A stretch of 57,301 nucleotides of DNA from the IMG/VR virus record IMGVR_UViG_3300043496_000172, positions 1-57,301 of that record; one strand, 5' to 3'. Under the pieces are notes generated by a model. The model saw nothing but the letters and a program-made list of their open reading frames with translations. It was not told the origin of the DNA and searched no databases. Both the position numbers and the translations under genes were made by a program. Source of the stretch: a virus (lineage: Duplodnaviria; Caudoviricetes). This document shows, one piece after another, positions 55,296 through 57,301 of the stretch (the stretch's first letter is position 1; each line of letters starts with the position of its first letter).

Positions 55296-55578
55296 CTCCT
55301 TCCTGACAGCAACCGTCGCAGCTGTGGATCCCGCGCGCAGCCTCATTCTTTTCCTGGCCCGGAAGGCAACGCATCAGCCGGTACGCGGCATCGTCGGGGT
55401 CTGGATGTCCGATACCGTGCGGACACAGGCGTTCCATGATTCCGAGGTCGTTGCGCCAATACTTCGGCCAGTGCTTCATGTGGTGGTCGCTGGGATTGTG
55501 GATGCAGCAGGTACGTCCTTCGCAGGCGGCGGAGGAATGTGTCCCGAGGCGACGTGGACCATGGGACTCAGAAATCAT
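55273..55578 (-). CDS. Cys/His-rich phage protein
   Basis: CCIHNPSDHHM...ERLCPHGIGHPDPD...HSCDGCC. Confidence 0.7.
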   Translation of the reverse strand: MISESHGPRRLGTHSSAACEGRTCCIHNPSDHHMKHWPKYWRNDLGIMERLCPHGIGHPDPDDAAYRLMRCLPGQEKNEAARGIHSCDGCCQEGDESLVPV

Positions 55579-55792
55579 GGATGCCAACTTCCTTGCCGTC
55601 CTTGTAGCAGTGATACAGCCGGCTGTTGCTGGGCACGCGGACGGTGTCGATCCGGCCACCCTGATCCAGGCACCAGTGCTTCCACCTGTTGATGGAAACG
55701 ACCCCGTGCCACAGGAGTAGGCCAATGACGATCACGGTGGCCAGGGACATGTACAGGGCCAGGCCACCGACCTTCCTGTCAGGTTTCGCCAT
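55568..55792 (-). CDS. Small membrane protein
   Basis: One TM helix; packed overlap. Confidence 0.6.
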   Translation of the reverse strand: MAKPDRKVGGLALYMSLATVIVIGLLLWHGVVSINRWKHWCLDQGGRIDTVRVPSNSRLYHCYKDGKEVGIHDF

Positions 55793-56090
55793 CCTGGCCG
55801 TCCTTCATCGTGAACACGACGCCGAGGTTCAGGATCTTCTGCTTGATCTGGAACGGCTGCTGGCGCAATGCCCGGAGTTGCTGCTCTTCAGCGAGGCTGA
55901 GCTTCAGTGCCCGGGAAACCTCCGCCAGGATCTCCTGTGAGGCTCGGGAGTGTCCTCGTTCGATGAGGCTGAAGTAGCTCTTGCTCCGGCCGATGAGTCG
56001 GGCCAGCGCGTCCTGGGTCAGGTCGGCCCGGATGCGGAGGCATCGGATCATCGCCCCTTCTGGTGCCGGTACGAATCTTCCTTCTCTCAT
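55779..56090 (-). CDS. XRE-family HTH regulator
   Basis: LRIRADLTQDALARLIGRSKSYFSLIERG. Confidence 0.88.
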   Translation of the reverse strand: MREGRFVPAPEGAMIRCLRIRADLTQDALARLIGRSKSYFSLIERGHSRASQEILAEVSRALKLSLAEEQQLRALRQQPFQIKQKILNLGVVFTMKDGQDGET

Positions 56091-56114
56091 CCCTCTACTG
56101 TACCCCCCACCCCT
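56046..56114. repeat. Inverted copy of positions 1-69
   Basis: Exact reverse complement. Confidence 0.95.
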
Positions 56115-56125
56115 ACCCTCCACAA
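56097..56125 (-). promoter_or_regulatory. Putative promoter TTGTGG-17-TACAGT
   Basis: Directly upstream of the XRE gene. Confidence 0.6.
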
Positions 56126-56460
56126 GGACTCAGGACACAGGCAGCCAGGACTCAGGACACAGCGCACCTGGCCTGGAATCAAGATCATGACGCGAACATG
56201 ACGCGAATGCTGTCATGAAACCGAAAGTTCTTCCTTTACCGTATACATACTTGATCTTGATTCCTCTTTTCTATACCCCTTTTTCCTAACTCTCAGAGAC
56301 ACAACTGTCATAAATACTAAAAAAAAAACATCAAACCTGGACAAATTGGTACAGGATTCGGACATTTCGAGTGACACTTCGATGACACTTAAACTGTCAC
56401 TGTCCTGGCGAGTGACGCGAACCAGTGACACTTCAGGGTCAAGTAGCCGCGAAACCGTCG
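56126..56460. other. Candidate replication origin: AT-rich tract with short direct repeats
   Basis: GGACTCAGGACACAG x2, CATGACGCGAA x2, TGACACTT x3, AT-rich 56220-56340. Confidence 0.45.
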
Positions 56461-56470
56461 CGAACTTTGT

Positions 56471-56788
56471 CTACTGCTCCGACATCCGGGCCTCGAACTC
56501 GGCCAAAGCTGTCATCGCCTGCGTAACCGCGTGACGTTTCGGGTCTTCCGGCGACAGTTCAGCACTCGTGAGAGATTGATCGAGGCGATACAGCTTCGCG
56601 AGCCGGTCGAGGACGCGGATTCCGGCTTCGATGAACCGGGGGTCAGGTTTCACACTGCCGTCAACATGAGGTTGACACTGGTTCCAGATCTGCTCCAGCC
56701 GCTGAACCAGCAGCGCCCGGACCATCGGCTGAGACCGGGTGACTTCTTCCTCGCCGATTCCGAGGTCGGTCTGCTCCAGGTCTCGCAT
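56471..56788 (-). CDS. Possible terminase small subunit-like protein
   Basis: RLEQIW...DPRFIEAGIRVLDRLAKLYRLD pattern. Confidence 0.5.
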   Translation of the reverse strand: MRDLEQTDLGIGEEEVTRSQPMVRALLVQRLEQIWNQCQPHVDGSVKPDPRFIEAGIRVLDRLAKLYRLDQSLTSAELSPEDPKRHAVTQAMTALAEFEARMSEQ

Positions 56789-57039
56789 CAGGACTCCTGT
56801 AGAAGATGCATATCAACATGCAGTCGTATCCGGGGATGCTCCAGGATTCATGAATCCTGATTCAGGCTAACGGTTAGCCTGTCCCTGAATCAAGACATCG
56901 AAGGGGAGCACTGATACAGGTTAGGTTCACGCACCAGGGCTACAGCTATGCGGTTGCTTGGATCGGTTTCGGTTCGGTTTGCCTGTTGCCTGCGGCTTTT
57001 CCTGTTTCAGGGCTCTTGTGAGCTTTGTCCGTTTCAGGA

Positions 57040-57145
57040 GACATGACTCATAGGTGGGGGATCATGACTCATGATCGTTGATCTTGATGATCAAGATCGT
57101 TGATCATGGATGAGTGATCATGAGTAGTTGATCATGATCATGAGC
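57040..57145. repeat. Low-complexity TCATGA/TGATCA palindrome cluster
   Basis: Dense overlapping GATC and CATG words. Confidence 0.7.
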
Positions 57146-57301
57146 CTGAATGGAGCGCTCGCTCCAGGATTCAGGGCAGGGTGCGGCCTCGGAATCCATG
57201 CTACACCCCCCCCTGGGGATGTGCCAGGAGGGGGGAGAGGTGGTGGGGAGGTTGATTGGGGCTACCTGAGGGGACGGGGGCGGATGGGTCAACGGTTCTG
57301 C

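Noticed and set aside
1-57301. Integrase, att site, reverse transcriptase or DNA polymerase
   Set aside because: No matching motifs seen in any listed ORF, so no support for a prophage, retron or DGR explanation of the arrays

Overview
This 57.3 kb window looks like a near-complete genome of a high-GC tailed actinobacteriophage (siphovirus-like). No integrase or DNA polymerase is recognisable. A minus-strand virion operon runs from an intein-containing terminase (44.6 kb) through portal, MuF-like protein, protease, a 2027-aa Ala/Lys-rich protein, capsid and tail genes, to a glycosylation cluster (9.6-15 kb). Plus-strand early and replication genes include RusA, a Cas4-like nuclease, a primase-helicase, ParB-like proteins, an endolysin, ribosomal protein L28 and an atypical tRNA-Lys. 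The main discovery candidate is a stand-alone Cas7/Csm3-like RAMP gene (3258-4049) with no other cas effector genes or canonical CRISPR. It is accompanied by five non-coding arrays (about 2292-2548, 3108-3236, 5924-6398, 7869-8249, 41464-42319). All share one grammar and orientation: a YGAC separator followed by runs of variable pentamers ending in C, (NNNNC)n. This suggests a phage-encoded RNA-guided system using 5-nt-periodic guides. Other highlights are an HNH endonuclease encoded out of frame inside the terminase intein, a shared CCCC(A/T)GGGG operator in several promoters, and a 69-bp inverted repeat joining the two ends. All calls are by eye; no database searches were run.
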